Position numbers and translations under genes: made by a program. Source: Azolla caroliniana (Eukaryota; Plantae; Polypodiophyta). From it: a DNA stretch of 64,000 nt. Positions 11,820-23,683 of this stretch are shown one piece after another; the first letter of the stretch is position 1; each line of letters starts with the position of its first letter. A model generated the notes under the pieces. It saw nothing but the letters and a program-made list of their open reading frames with translations, made no database searches and was not told the origin of the DNA. The DNA lies in contig JBHGNT010000020.1 of assembly GCA_043228905.1 (NCBI GenBank), positions 12,834,001 to 12,898,000 of the forward strand, written 5' to 3'.

Positions 11820-12065
11820 TTTTAGAGACCCTGACAAGGGGCAAAGGAAGATGTGTTTCAGACGGTTCTAACTACATATGTGGTCTCATGGAATGCAATG
11901 ATGATAGAGCTTATAGAACATGGATGTTTCGATGAAACACTAACTTGTTTTCACATGTTATAGATTGACGGTATGGTCCCCGATTCTAACACCTTTATAT
12001 GTGGTCTCCTAGCTTGTCATAGCAAAGGTGTTATTGGCAAAGGTTGAGAGTTGTATTCATGGACT
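11820..12065 (+). pseudogene. PLS-class pentatricopeptide repeat gene fragment
   Basis: Translates, with a frameshift and stops, to VVSWNAMMIELIEHGCFDETLTCF.../DGMVPDSNTFICGLLACHSKGVIGKG*ELY, a typical P-L motif succession. Confidence 0.75.
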
Positions 12066-15000
12066 ATAATTATCCTTATCTTGCCAAATATCATCGCTTA
12101 TATTTGGTCCTTTCTTTGATGATATATACTTGTGGAGATGGAAATTATTATATACTATTTGTATAGTGCCTCTGGCCTTTTTAATTTTAATACTATGGAG
12201 CATATTTTTTATGGAAAAAAAGGCAACCTTTTTATTTCTATTGCTTAGTGAAGTGTAAGTCTTTGACTTTAATACATGCTATTAAGAATGATATCAACAT
12301 CTATTAACCAAGCAAAATTATAAAAAAAATCCAACTCAATGCTTGAAGTAAGCAATGCAATTGAACATTGTCGTCAATGAAAAATGTGTCTATTATGATA
12401 TGTTTTATGAACCATAAGTAACAAACATAATAATTTTGTTTACAAAATCATATCCCAATTGGTTTGATAAGTCTTGGATGTTCCCTAATCATCATCTCTT
12501 AATGCTAAAGGTCACAATCTTGATTGTCAACGCGAACTACTTTGAAATATTTTATGAACCCCATATTAAATGTGTCTTTTAACATTGTTTGGATTTGACC
12601 CCATTATAGTCATTTATTTATTCAAATCGAGTACGTCGAGTACATGAGCATCACTCTTGTCCACACCGCAACCTTCCTTTTTATACCGTTACTGTCCATC
12701 TTATGCATGTTTTTTTTCAATATTTAAGTCCATACGATGAAGATGATAGAGTAAAAGCATTTTAATAATATATGAAAATCAAGAATCATTTGAAAATTAC
12801 AAAAAATGTATGGCAAAAGTTTTGAGTGAGAAATGCAAGATCTCCATACCCTAGAAGAAGCAGTGGGCCAAGGTAGACTCTCTTAAGAGAGAAAGACATG
12901 TTATTGTTGCACATATAGTAACACATATTAAAAATAAAAACTACAAGTTGGGTGCAAATCCGGTAGAAAAAGAAAAGATATAACCTTTGTTGCTTCAAGA
13001 TATAAAAAACAAGATAACTTGTCACTATTTGTTGAAGAGGTGGTAGTATGTACACCTGAGGTCATGTTAAAAAGTGGAACACTTAGACAAGAATCTGCCA
13101 TGGGCTCCCCTTCCTCCATTGGCAAAAGTGGAAGTATGGGATTGAGAGCAATGAAAGACTGGTTGCGTAATGGGAGGTGTCAAGAAAGCTCATCCATCAC
13201 TCCTGAAATTCAAAAGTTGCAAGTGGTGGGACAAGGAAGTAAGGAGGCAAATGTTAGAGTTCCAATCAAATTTGTTAGGTCAAAAATATTGGAAGGGGAC
13301 ACGCTGGACAAGGGATATAGGTTTAGTTAGCAAGCTCTCACAAGACTGACTGATTTGTCACAAGTGGAAGCTCTAGGGCTAAGGGTTTATGTAGTTGTTG
13401 CTGAACGAAACAAGCTGCCAGCTATAGGCGTCTCTTTTGATCTAACAGACCTAGAGGTTACAACCAGTAACTTGCCACGGATCTCCAACTTTATAGAAGT
13501 TAAGGCACACAAATACTTCCACGGCTTGCCTATCACCTGGAATGGAGATAAATGGAGGTTGATGTGGCTGAATGCTGGAATGATATGTGGGATTTTTCAT
13601 GAATCGCATTAAAAATCAAATTTTACTATGCCTAGAGGAGACGATAGACTCCCTCGATGAGGTGTTGCACTTCCACGAGGAGGAAATGGCAGAAGCTACA
13701 AGGCAAGATGTTGTTTTAGGATGGGAGAGGATCAAGGCAGGAGGTTGGGCATGGGCTTGTAGGGAGGGACTATGTCCGGCTTGGGAGACTTCACAATTGT
13801 TCTCATGAAATTAATCACGTGGAACATACAAGGTCTAGGCGGTAGCAAATGTATGTTGGAGAGGAAGAACCTCCGCCAAGAGTTCAAATCCCCTAGCTTT
13901 AGGGGTATCCCAGACATTTTGCTCTTGCAAGAGCACCATTTGAGTGCGAACAGAATCTCGAGTATTGGCAATCCTCTAGCGGGGATTGGCATACTTTTTG
14001 GTCCCCAGCACAAGGTGAGCATGGTAGAAAAGGGGGTGTCTGTACATCTATCAAGAATAATCCAGATATTATTGTTGTGGACCAAGGCACCATCGTGGAG
14101 GGACGTGCCATCTATGTGAGAGTCAGATGGCAACAACGTATCATTGGAATAATAAATGTGTACACGCCCAATTCGACAACGATGCAGGCCCTTTTTTGGA
14201 GGCAATTGGCCGATGGATTGCCGATGGCAGATGCATGGATCGTCGCAGGGGATTTTAACATGACTTTGCACACAGAGGACAAGGTGGGGGGCATGCATAC
14301 GGCGGTGCAGGGGTCAGAGTTAGTTGCATGGGATTTGTTGATGGGCAGAATGGGAGTGAAAGATGCTTGGTATGTACTAAAAAAGCCTGGAGCTCGCTAT
14401 GCTTCTCAAGAGCAGGCTGCAATATAAATGGCTATTGTATGTCTCGCATAGACAAAATATACATAAGCTCGGAACTGGAAAAATATGGCAGCAATGTTGA
14501 AATCATCGCAGGTTCAGCTTACTCTGATCACATGTCGGTTACGATTACGCTGGTCACTCAGAGGCTGAACAAAAGGGACTGCAACTTAAGGATTAGTGGT
14601 AAACTTTTTGAGGATGTGGAGGTGAGAAGTAAGATAAGGAGTATATGGGAAAATAATCTAGTTGGTTGCGGTGCTTTGGATAATCTTCGAGGAAAGATTA
14701 TTGAAACTTCAAAGTATTTGCATGAAGAGACTAAAAATATATTTGAGAGGTCCAAGGAAAGAGAGGTGAGACTAAGAAGATCGATAGCGGCTGCCCAAAG
14801 AATGCTTCAGAAAAATCCCAAGTGTCTTTGGTCGAGATCAAGTCTGGAGGTTGCTAAAGAAACACTACAACGGATTGTGTCAAGAAATAAGATGGTATTC
14901 AGGAGTTCAGCAGCTTGGTGGAGCAGGAATGGGGACAAGGTGAACCAACAATTTTTTAAGTTTAAAAAACCGAGCACAAATGGTAACTTCAATCCTAAAC

Positions 15001-16387
15001 TGATCAAGGAGGATGGTTCACTATCAGAAGATGTATTGGAGATCATGGAGGCAGTCACATCTCACTATAGTCGGCTACTATCAAATAGTTATAGTCTCCC
15101 AGCCCAGCCTTCGCTGGCAGAATTTGTATTGGAGGGAATGCAACCAAGAATTTTAGAGGTTGCACAAGTTAAGTTGTCAGGGCCATTATTGGAAGAAGAG
15201 GTGTCAGACGCTTTGGCAAGTATATGTAGTACATCTTGTCCAGGCAACGACGGATTATCAAAAGATTTTTATGAAAATTTTTGGGAACTAATTAAGGTTG
15301 ACCTGATTGCTGGACTAAATGAGGCATGGGATGATGGGTACCTCCCTTAACATTTTAAAGAGGGACTAATATTTCTAATTCCTAAGGTAAAGGGTATAGT
15401 TACGGATGTGAGGCAATGGAGACCGATTACGTTGCTCAACATAATCTATACGATTTTTGCTAATATGCTGGCCAAGAGGGTCAAACCCCTCTTAAATGCG
15501 CTAATTAGTGTTGGACAAACAGGATTCATGGAAAATAGATGTATAATTGATAATGTGTTGACCTTTTGGGAAGCGATTGCCTTGGCGAAGAAAACCAATC
15601 AACATATTGCATGCCTCATGCTTGACTTTGAGAAGGCATATGACAGAGTACAGTGGCCTTTTTTAGACAAAGTCATGGAGCGGTTGGGACTACCCTCAAA
15701 ATGGAGAGCAGTTGTGTTGGCCTTTTACAAAGGAAGCTTCAGTAGGGTGTTGGTATTAGGGCAACGGGGCCTGATGCCATTATGCAAGTCTGTCTGGCAG
15801 GGGTGCCCATTGGCCCCCTATCTTTATTTATTTATTTCAGAGGCATTCTCTTTCTTTCTAAATAGACCGGATGCAGTAATTCGGGGTTTGGTTGTCCCAC
15901 ATGCTTGCAAGGACTTGTTGGACTCCATGTATGCAGATGACACTATGCTCTATCTGCAAGGCAATGATGCTAATTTACAACAGGCTGAAAAACGGATTGA
16001 GTTGTTTTGTGAAGCATCAGGGGGGGAAATTAATTGGAACAAAAGTAGAGGGTTTTGGGTAAGTCCAAACTCCATGCCGCATTGGCAACCTAATGCTGAT
16101 TTTCAATGGGTTCCTAATGGAAGGGCTGTTAAGTATTTGGGCTTTTTGGTGGGAGTAGAGATTCAGAAAAATCAGCAGCTTGAGCAAGTGAAAGAAAAAA
16201 TTAGAAAAAAGCTTCGGTTATGGACATCAGTAAAGCTTTCCCTTGCAAATAGAGTGGTTGTGGTAAACCACATTTTGTTGGCCACCATGTGGCACTCGTT
16301 GGCATGTTGGATGTTAGATAAAGATTGCATAAAAAATATTAAGGCAATGGTGAGAGGGTTCCTTTGGTCGGGTAGAGACCATGAGAC

Positions 16388-19300
16388 TGTCGAATACCTG
16401 TGTATAATGGACGTATTCACACCATCCCGTTTTGGCCATTTATGTAATTAGCATAAAGGGCAGTTGCCCTAAGTCGGTCACTATATATAGTGACCTTGTA
16501 ACCTCTTTGTGAGGTTGGTTGTTGTATTGTTGTTTTATGAAATAAGAAACTCTTTTGTGTCTCTCTCTCTCTCTCTCTCTGTGCAACGACCTACATTCTG
16601 TCATACACAGGGAATAAACAGGAATCGAGTGCTTCAAGATCTTCCGCACAGACGACATTGCTTCCAACATCTGGTATCAGAGCCTGCACAGTAGTCGGTC
16701 CCTCAATCCGCTGTCGGCCGTCGTCTCTGCATTCGGTTTCCTGCGTCATTCGAAGAAGAGAGAAGAAGAAGAAAAACCAGGTTTGCATCTCATCGCGTTA
16801 GATCATCTTTGTTTGGAGTAAGCCAGCAGGTTGTACTCCGCTCCCCGTGATCGTAACCGCTCGAGGTGAAATCCCCTTGTGCAACTCTGACAACAACCCA
16901 AATTCGTGCTTCATCTGGCTGATCGACATTCGGGAGGATCAGTCGGATCCGTCTCTCTCGTCGCTGCAGTCAACCGAAGCAAAATCGGTTCAGATAATCG
17001 GTTTTAATAATCGGTATTCGGCATATATATCCGAAACGAACCAGGCTCCGACTCGGCAACATTCGGGAAGACCAGTCGGTTCTGTCCCTCAAGCTACCGA
17101 AGTCAATTCGAGCAAGTTCCGAAGCCGAACCGACTCGGGTTCAAATCTGACTAGAACGATATCGGGTGAGCCAACCGGCTGCACTCCAACAAGGTTCGTA
17201 GTCAACTTCGAACCGAGCCTCGTCAACTGAAACCGAATTTGATGGCATCAACATCCGGCTCGTCAGAAATGAGTCTACGAAAGTTCGATGGATCGAACTT
17301 CAACTTCTGGAAGGAACAAATGCAGGACTATCTCATAGTCAAGGGGCAGATCGATCCCATCGAACATGAAGAACCTCCAGAAGGATACAAACCAATTGAG
17401 TGGCAAAAGCTGGACAGAATCGTCCGCGCCACGATTCGGATGCACCTATCGGAATCAGTATACTTCACAGTGCAATCGTGTACGACAGCATTCGAACTGT
17501 GGAAAACACTGTCGGACACTTACGAAAAGAAGGTCGCCGCAACAAAGATGTTTCTGATCCGGCGCCTCTACAACTTGCGGATGAAAGAGTCCGATTCGGT
17601 TCAAGCACACCTCAATGAGTACGAAAGCATAAGCTCCCAAATCTCGTCACAGGGGACGGCAATCGAGGATGAACTCAGAGCAATGATACTCATGAGTAGC
17701 CTTCCCTCATCATGGGAAACTTTCGTCACAACCGTGTGCAACGCGTCAACCACGGCTGTCAAATACTCCGAAGTCACGAGCGCAATTCTGACCGAAGCAG
17801 CTCGGAGAAAGTCTTTTGCCAAAGACTCAACAGACGACGCTTACGTAGTACAAGGTTCGACAGACCGATCGAACATACGAGGAAGAGATTCCTCACGACC
17901 GCCGAACAATCAGCGAAGACGGAGCCAGTCACGGGATAACCGAATCTGCAACTATTGCAAGAAACCCGGACACATCAAAGCCGACTGCCGCGCACTCAAG
18001 AACAAGAACAACAAGAAGAGTGGCCGGCATGAGGAGGTCAACTACGTCAGCTTCTCAGCTGATGTGCTACCAGACGACCCGAATATACTATCAATCGAAA
18101 ATCCAGTCGGATCAGAAGTTCTACTCACGACTGAAGAGTCGAGCACATGGCTCTTAGATTCGGGCGCGTCATTTCACGTGACTCCTCATCGATCCCAATT
18201 TCGGCAATATACGATCCGTCACTCCGACTCAGTTCGAGTCGGCAACTCACAACACTGTGACATCATCGGAATCGGCACAGTAGAGCTCAACCTTGCAGGT
18301 GGCTCTACACTTGTACTCCACAATGTCCGACATGTACCCGAGCTCTCAAGGCCTTTGATCTCAGTCGGACAACTAGATGAAGACGGCATTCGTGCCGGTT
18401 TTTCTTCGGGAGGGTGGACACTCCACAGGGGGAACCTCCTGCTTGCTAGAGGACCTAAGATACACTCCTTGTATCCGTTACATGTTACGCTCAGAGAGGG
18501 TAACCTGTTTTTGGTGGATATTCCTGTGTCATCACTATGGCACCGAAGACTAGGACACCTCAGCAAGGCCGGCATCACGCACCTATCCAGAGCCGGATAC
18601 ATCCCCAAACTCTCCTTCTCCGACCATCAATTCTGCGAGCATTGCCAGTATGGCAAACAAGCAGCCGCATCACACCCGACATCAGCACCCAGAGAAACGA
18701 GACCTCTTGATTTAGTCCATTCGGACGTCTGTGGCCCAATGCCGCATCAGTCTCTAGGCGGTGCCTCTTACTTCGTCACTTTTATTGACGACTCGACTCG
18801 AAAGGTGTGGGCGTATCCAATTCGCACCAAAGATCGGGTCTTCTCGATCTTCTCCGATTGGCTCGCTATGGTAGAAAATCAAACCGACCGAAAGCTGAAA
18901 TGCCTTCGGACCGACAATGGGGGAGAGTTTAAATCCGAAGAATTCGTCAAATTCTGCCGACAACGCGGCATCCGACGTGAATTTACGGCACCACACAGTC
19001 CGGAGCAAAACGGGATCGCCGAACGAATGAATCGGACAATCCAAGAACGGATAGTTTCCATGCTCCAACACTCCGGACTGTCGGATGGCTTCTGGGCAGA
19101 GGCTCTACTCACGGCAGTACACATAATCAATATGTCGCCAAGTAGACCTCTAGGACTTCAAATTCCTCAGGAACTATGGATCGGCAGCAAGCCGAATTAC
19201 GACAAGCTGAGGATCTTCGGATGCGAGGCGTACGCCCTTATTCCGAAAGATGATCGCCGAAAACTTGCACCTCGGTCCAGGAAATGCATTTTCCTTGGAT

Positions 19301-21730
19301 ATGGATCAGACGGCGAAATGGGATACCGACTCTGGGACCCCGAACGCAGACAAATCGTTCGAAGTTCGGACGTTGTGTTCAACGAGTCGGCTATGAATCC
19401 ACCAGTCGAAAAACCGATCGAAGTCCGAAGGGTAACGTTCTCCGATGTGCCGACCCTTCAAGAAGGCCCTGCTCTTAACACACGGTCAGCTTCACGGGTA
19501 GCTGAACCTTATCCTACCGACTCGGACAACTCTGACTCGGCACAGCCGAATGATTCGGTTTCGGACCATCCGACCTCGATACCCGATGCGACCAGTCCAA
19601 TCATACCTCGACGATCCGAGAGACTGTCGCAACCTCCGGAGAGGTATTCTCCTGGAATTTTCTTCACCGACGCCGGCGAACCGACGTCTTACGAAGAAGC
19701 ATCGACATCTGTCGATTCGGCCACCTGGCATCTGGCGATGGAGTCGGAAATGCACTCCATCCGTGCAAACAAGACTTGGGATCTGGTCGAATTACCTAGG
19801 AACCGACGTGCTCTTCCTTGCAAGTGGGTTTATCGACTAAAAGAGACGTCTGATTCGACCACCCCAAAGTACAAGGCCAGATTAGTTGCGAAGGGCTTCC
19901 GACAAGAATATGGCGTCGACTTCGACGAGATTTTTTCACCAGTGGTGAAAATGACAACCCTTCGTTTTCTGCTCGGCGTCGTGGCAGCCGACAACTTGGA
20001 GCTGATTCAGCTAGATGTCAAAACAGCCTTCCTCCATGGTGATCTCGAGGAGGAAATTTATATGGAGCAGCCAAAAGGCTTCGTGGCAACTGGCCAAGAA
20101 CATCTAGTCTGCCGACTCAGGAAGAGTCTATACGGCCTCAAACAGGCACCGCGACAATGGTACAAGAAGTTCGACGACTTCATCCAATCGATCGGCTTCT
20201 CCAAAAGCGATGAGGACCATTGTCTCTTCACCAATACAGCTCAAGATGGATCACCCATCTTCCTCATCATTTACGTGGACGACATGCTAATTTCTGGCCG
20301 CCACGCGGGCGACCTTGCCGATCTCGTTCGGCAACTGCGGTTGAAGTTTGCCATGAAGGACCTCGGTCCGGCACGACACATCCTTGGCATGAAGATTAGT
20401 CGGCATCGCGATAAACGACATCTTTTTTTGTCTCAGACCGACTATATCGGACGTGTCTTGGAACGCTTCAACATGCAATCAGCCAAATCTGCTTCAACCC
20501 CACTCCCTATGAATCTTCGGCTCTCTCAGCGAGACTGCCCGACATCCGGTTCGGAGGGGGAAGATATGAAGTCGGTACCGTATGCACCGGCAGTCGGCTC
20601 CCTTATGTACCTGATGGTCGCGACACGGCCTGACATCTCTCATGCCGTAGGAGTCGTTAGCAGATTTATGCACAATCCTGGCCGATCGCATTGGAACGCA
20701 GTCAAGCATGTGTTCAGATATCTGGCTGGCACAAAAGATCACGGCATTCTTTTCGGTCCGAACCGAACCTCAGGCGTAGTCGGTTACACCGACTCGGACT
20801 TCGCCGGCTGTATAGACAGTCGGAAATCAACAACCGGATACTGCTTCAAATTCGGCAATGGAGCAATCTCGTGGAAGTCGAAACTTCAGGAGTGCACAGC
20901 GACCTCAACGACCGAAGCAGAATATGTAGCTGCGTCCGACGCAGCAAAAGAAGCTTTGTGGCTCGGTCGGCTGGCGCACACGTTTCGACAAGTCGAACAT
21001 GACTCGGCTCCAGTTGTCTACAGCGACAGTCAAGGTGCTGTTGCCTTGTCGAAAAATCCGGTTCACCACAACGCCTCCAAACATATCGATGTTCGATATC
21101 ACTTCGTTCGGGACTGCGTCATTTCAGGGAAAATCGGTCTAGAGAAAATATCCACAACCGACAATGTCGCAGATGGAATGACCAAGTGTCTTTCGGCAGA
21201 CCGTTTTCGGTCTCTTCGGCATCAGATGGGCGTAACGACAAACCAGTCCGGTTAGAGCCGGACACAGAGCAGGATGGTTCCCGACAACCGACATCAGTTC
21301 CTTAATGATCGGCTTCAACTGTTCCGACCCGACCAGTTCGGTCTTCTGCCTTCGGACCCTGCCGACTCGAACAAAGCTGATATGTCCGAGAACCTAAGTC
21401 TATATCTGTAACCTTAGATAACCCATGTATACGCCCATTACGGGGGAGTGTCGAATACCTGTGTATAATGGACGTATTCACACCATCCCGTTTTGGCCAT
21501 TTATGTAATTAGCATAAAGGGCAGTTGCCCTAAGTCGGTCACTATATATAGTGACCTTGTAACCTCTTTGTGAGGTTGGTTGTTGTATTGTTGTTTTATG
21601 AAATAAGAAACTCTTTTGTGTCTCTCTCTCTCTCTCTCTCTGTGCAACGACCTACATTCTGTCATACACAGGGAATAAACAGGAATCGAGTGCTTCAAGA
21701 TCTTCCGCACAGACGACATTGCTTCCAACA
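16388..21730 (+). mobile_element. Intact Ty1/Copia LTR retrotransposon B
   Basis: 282-bp LTRs at 16388-16669 and 21449-21730, identical by eye. TSD GAGAC (16383-16387, 21731-21735). PBS TGGTATCAGAGC at 16672. PPT GGGGGAG before 21449. Confidence 0.98.
17242..21255 (+). CDS. Copia Gag-Pol polyprotein (uninterrupted, ~1337 aa)
   Basis: CNYCKKPGHIKADC, WLLDSGASFH, LWHRRLGH, HSDVCGP, RTDNGGEF, YKARLVAKGF, YVDD, YTDSDFAG, KHIDVRYHF. Confidence 0.97.
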   Translation: MASTSGSSEMSLRKFDGSNFNFWKEQMQDYLIVKGQIDPIEHEEPPEGYKPIEWQKLDRIVRATIRMHLSESVYFTVQSCTTAFELWKTLSDTYEKKVAATKMFLIRRLYNLRMKESDSVQAHLNEYESISSQISSQGTAIEDELRAMILMSSLPSSWETFVTTVCNASTTAVKYSEVTSAILTEAARRKSFAKDSTDDAYVVQGSTDRSNIRGRDSSRPPNNQRRRSQSRDNRICNYCKKPGHIKADCRALKNKNNKKSGRHEEVNYVSFSADVLPDDPNILSIENPVGSEVLLTTEESSTWLLDSGASFHVTPHRSQFRQYTIRHSDSVRVGNSQHCDIIGIGTVELNLAGGSTLVLHNVRHVPELSRPLISVGQLDEDGIRAGFSSGGWTLHRGNLLLARGPKIHSLYPLHVTLREGNLFLVDIPVSSLWHRRLGHLSKAGITHLSRAGYIPKLSFSDHQFCEHCQYGKQAAASHPTSAPRETRPLDLVHSDVCGPMPHQSLGGASYFVTFIDDSTRKVWAYPIRTKDRVFSIFSDWLAMVENQTDRKLKCLRTDNGGEFKSEEFVKFCRQRGIRREFTAPHSPEQNGIAERMNRTIQERIVSMLQHSGLSDGFWAEALLTAVHIINMSPSRPLGLQIPQELWIGSKPNYDKLRIFGCEAYALIPKDDRRKLAPRSRKCIFLGYGSDGEMGYRLWDPERRQIVRSSDVVFNESAMNPPVEKPIEVRRVTFSDVPTLQEGPALNTRSASRVAEPYPTDSDNSDSAQPNDSVSDHPTSIPDATSPIIPRRSERLSQPPERYSPGIFFTDAGEPTSYEEASTSVDSATWHLAMESEMHSIRANKTWDLVELPRNRRALPCKWVYRLKETSDSTTPKYKARLVAKGFRQEYGVDFDEIFSPVVKMTTLRFLLGVVAADNLELIQLDVKTAFLHGDLEEEIYMEQPKGFVATGQEHLVCRLRKSLYGLKQAPRQWYKKFDDFIQSIGFSKSDEDHCLFTNTAQDGSPIFLIIYVDDMLISGRHAGDLADLVRQLRLKFAMKDLGPARHILGMKISRHRDKRHLFLSQTDYIGRVLERFNMQSAKSASTPLPMNLRLSQRDCPTSGSEGEDMKSVPYAPAVGSLMYLMVATRPDISHAVGVVSRFMHNPGRSHWNAVKHVFRYLAGTKDHGILFGPNRTSGVVGYTDSDFAGCIDSRKSTTGYCFKFGNGAISWKSKLQECTATSTTEAEYVAASDAAKEALWLGRLAHTFRQVEHDSAPVVYSDSQGAVALSKNPVHHNASKHIDVRYHFVRDCVISGKIGLEKISTTDNVADGMTKCLSADRFRSLRHQMGVTTNQSG

Positions 21731-23683
21731 GAGACAACGTCAGCTAAAGTGGCCTGGAGTTGTTTGATCAAGGAAAAAAGTCAAGGTGGACTTGGGCTGG
21801 TGGATCCGGTTCACCAAAGTAAGGCTTTACTTGGTAAGCTCTTGGTGCGAAGTCTCCAACCTAGACCAGAATTGTGGAAATTGCTTCTTAGAGACAGAGC
21901 TAAACTCTGGTGTCCGAGGAATGGCGGCCCTTGGACGGCAAAGACGTGGTGGCTGTTTAGTCTAGGCCTAACGTTAAAAGAACCTACTAGCATGGAGGAT
22001 AGGGTGGCCCGCTCCATAATGAGGGAATGGTCAAGTTTAAGAGAGGGGCTTGTCTTAATGCAGCCAAAAACAATGGAGGAACAACTCCGTCAACCTCTAT
22101 GTTGGAACCCCAGGATTCGAAGTGATGACGGTATGATGCTTGGTCAGAAAAAATATTTGCCATGGGGAAAAATGGTAGAGTACAATCTTAGTTCAGTAAG
22201 AGACTGGGAGGAGTTCAAAAGGAGAAGAGGGGAGGGACTGGTTGGTAGCCCTAGATTTACTGGTAGGCTGGAAAAGATTACCCATTTGATAGATAAGGTT
22301 GTTGATGGTCTAGCTAGGCTAATGAAGAAGAGGGGGTCTGGTTTGGGTGGTTTGTGGGTGAGGACGATGCACAAATTATCCGAGGCAGGTGCCCATCTAA
22401 TGAGTATCGGTGGTGGGGCAACCTAAGTGCTTTGGCAGACAATGGCCAGTGGTTGGCAGTACGAGTGGCAATGCTAGAAGGTAAGAAGTGGCAAGTAAAC
22501 CCGGACCCAGGGAAGTTGCAATCTCATTGTAAGCTTTGGATAGTTGACAACAAGCCCATATGTGATCTGGATTGGGATCCACTAGAGGTGTGGTGGCAGA
22601 AACCGGGAACGAACAAACTTGAACGGTTTTTCGAGTACACAACCAAGCTAGGAAGGCAAATCATTGGATCTAAATCGATGGGTGTTTCCCTAACTCGCAA
22701 TAGCTGGAGGGATAAAGGCATTTCTGATGGCTGGTTGAAGTCGTTTTGGAGGAGGCTATGGGCGTTCGATATGCCAGAAAAAATAAAGCTTTGGTTGTGG
22801 CTTCTTAGTCACAAAGCTGTACCAGTGGGGGAGTGACTTAGGTGTCGTGGTGGTGAGGCTGGATGCAAAATTTGTGGTCACCCTTTGGAATCAATTCCTC
22901 ATTGTTTTTGGAATTGTAACGAGGCTATTAACATTTGGGGTAGAAGTCTCCGGATAGTGGCAGCATGCGGCGTGAATGGGAGAGTTGTATGGGGGTCCGT
23001 ACAGGGGTTGAAGTTAACAGGGGAAGGTTGGGCTGAACAGTTAAACCCTCACGGACATGGATTTATAGTGCAGGGTGGCAAGGTGTTTCAACGGGCTGGA
23101 GTTTGACCTGGCACTAACTCAGAACTTTTTGAAGAGATATGGAGGATGGTGGCTTGTTTATCGGTCTGGCACATTTGGACCAACCGCTGTAAGTTTGTTT
23201 TTCAACAACAAAAGATCCCTAGTGATGAGGTATTAATAAATATCTGGTTTGAGTTGGTCTCTTGGCTGCGGGGACGATACGACTCGATTAAGGGGGAATC
23301 TGATGCAACTGAAAGATCTCGATCAAAGTTCTTGCTGAAATGGGGTAATTCTCCTATGGTCGGTAGATCATCATCAGGGCCTCAATGGCACTACCAAGCA
23401 CCCCGATGGCTATTTCCCCCAATAGTTTCCAACAGCGTCTAGGTGCTGTAAATTTGTATAGTTATGGTACAAATAACTAGGTTATTGGAGTTGTTTGGAT
23501 ACGTTTGTTGAAAATGAGGTGGGGACTATGTCCGCTTTGGTGGGAAGGCCAGAGTGAGGGCTATTGAGAGGAATTTTGAGAGTTCTATGATGTAATTTTG
23601 TTTGCTAACTAATGCGAAGCAGTATTTTTTTGGGAAAAAAAAAAAAACAATGTATTATTGTTTATGTGTGAGAGGAGGATAAG

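Larger units (their letters stand above)
13010..23647 (+). mobile_element. L1-like LINE (EN-RT-zf-RVT; decayed), split by Copia B
   Basis: MKLITWNIQGLG (13805), LQEHH, VAGDFN, SRIDKI, SDH, CPGNDG, WRPITLLN, LDFEKAYDRV, QGCPLAP, YADD, KYLG. It resumes in frame after 21735 (TTSAKVAWS...GGLGL) and ends at 23442, with a poly(A) at 23635-23647. The 5' boundary is approximate. Confidence 0.92.

Noticed and set aside
13766-13778. 13-bp match GGGACTATGTCCG also in the LINE 3'UTR (~23522)
   Set aside because: One 13-mer match within ~10 kb is compatible with chance.
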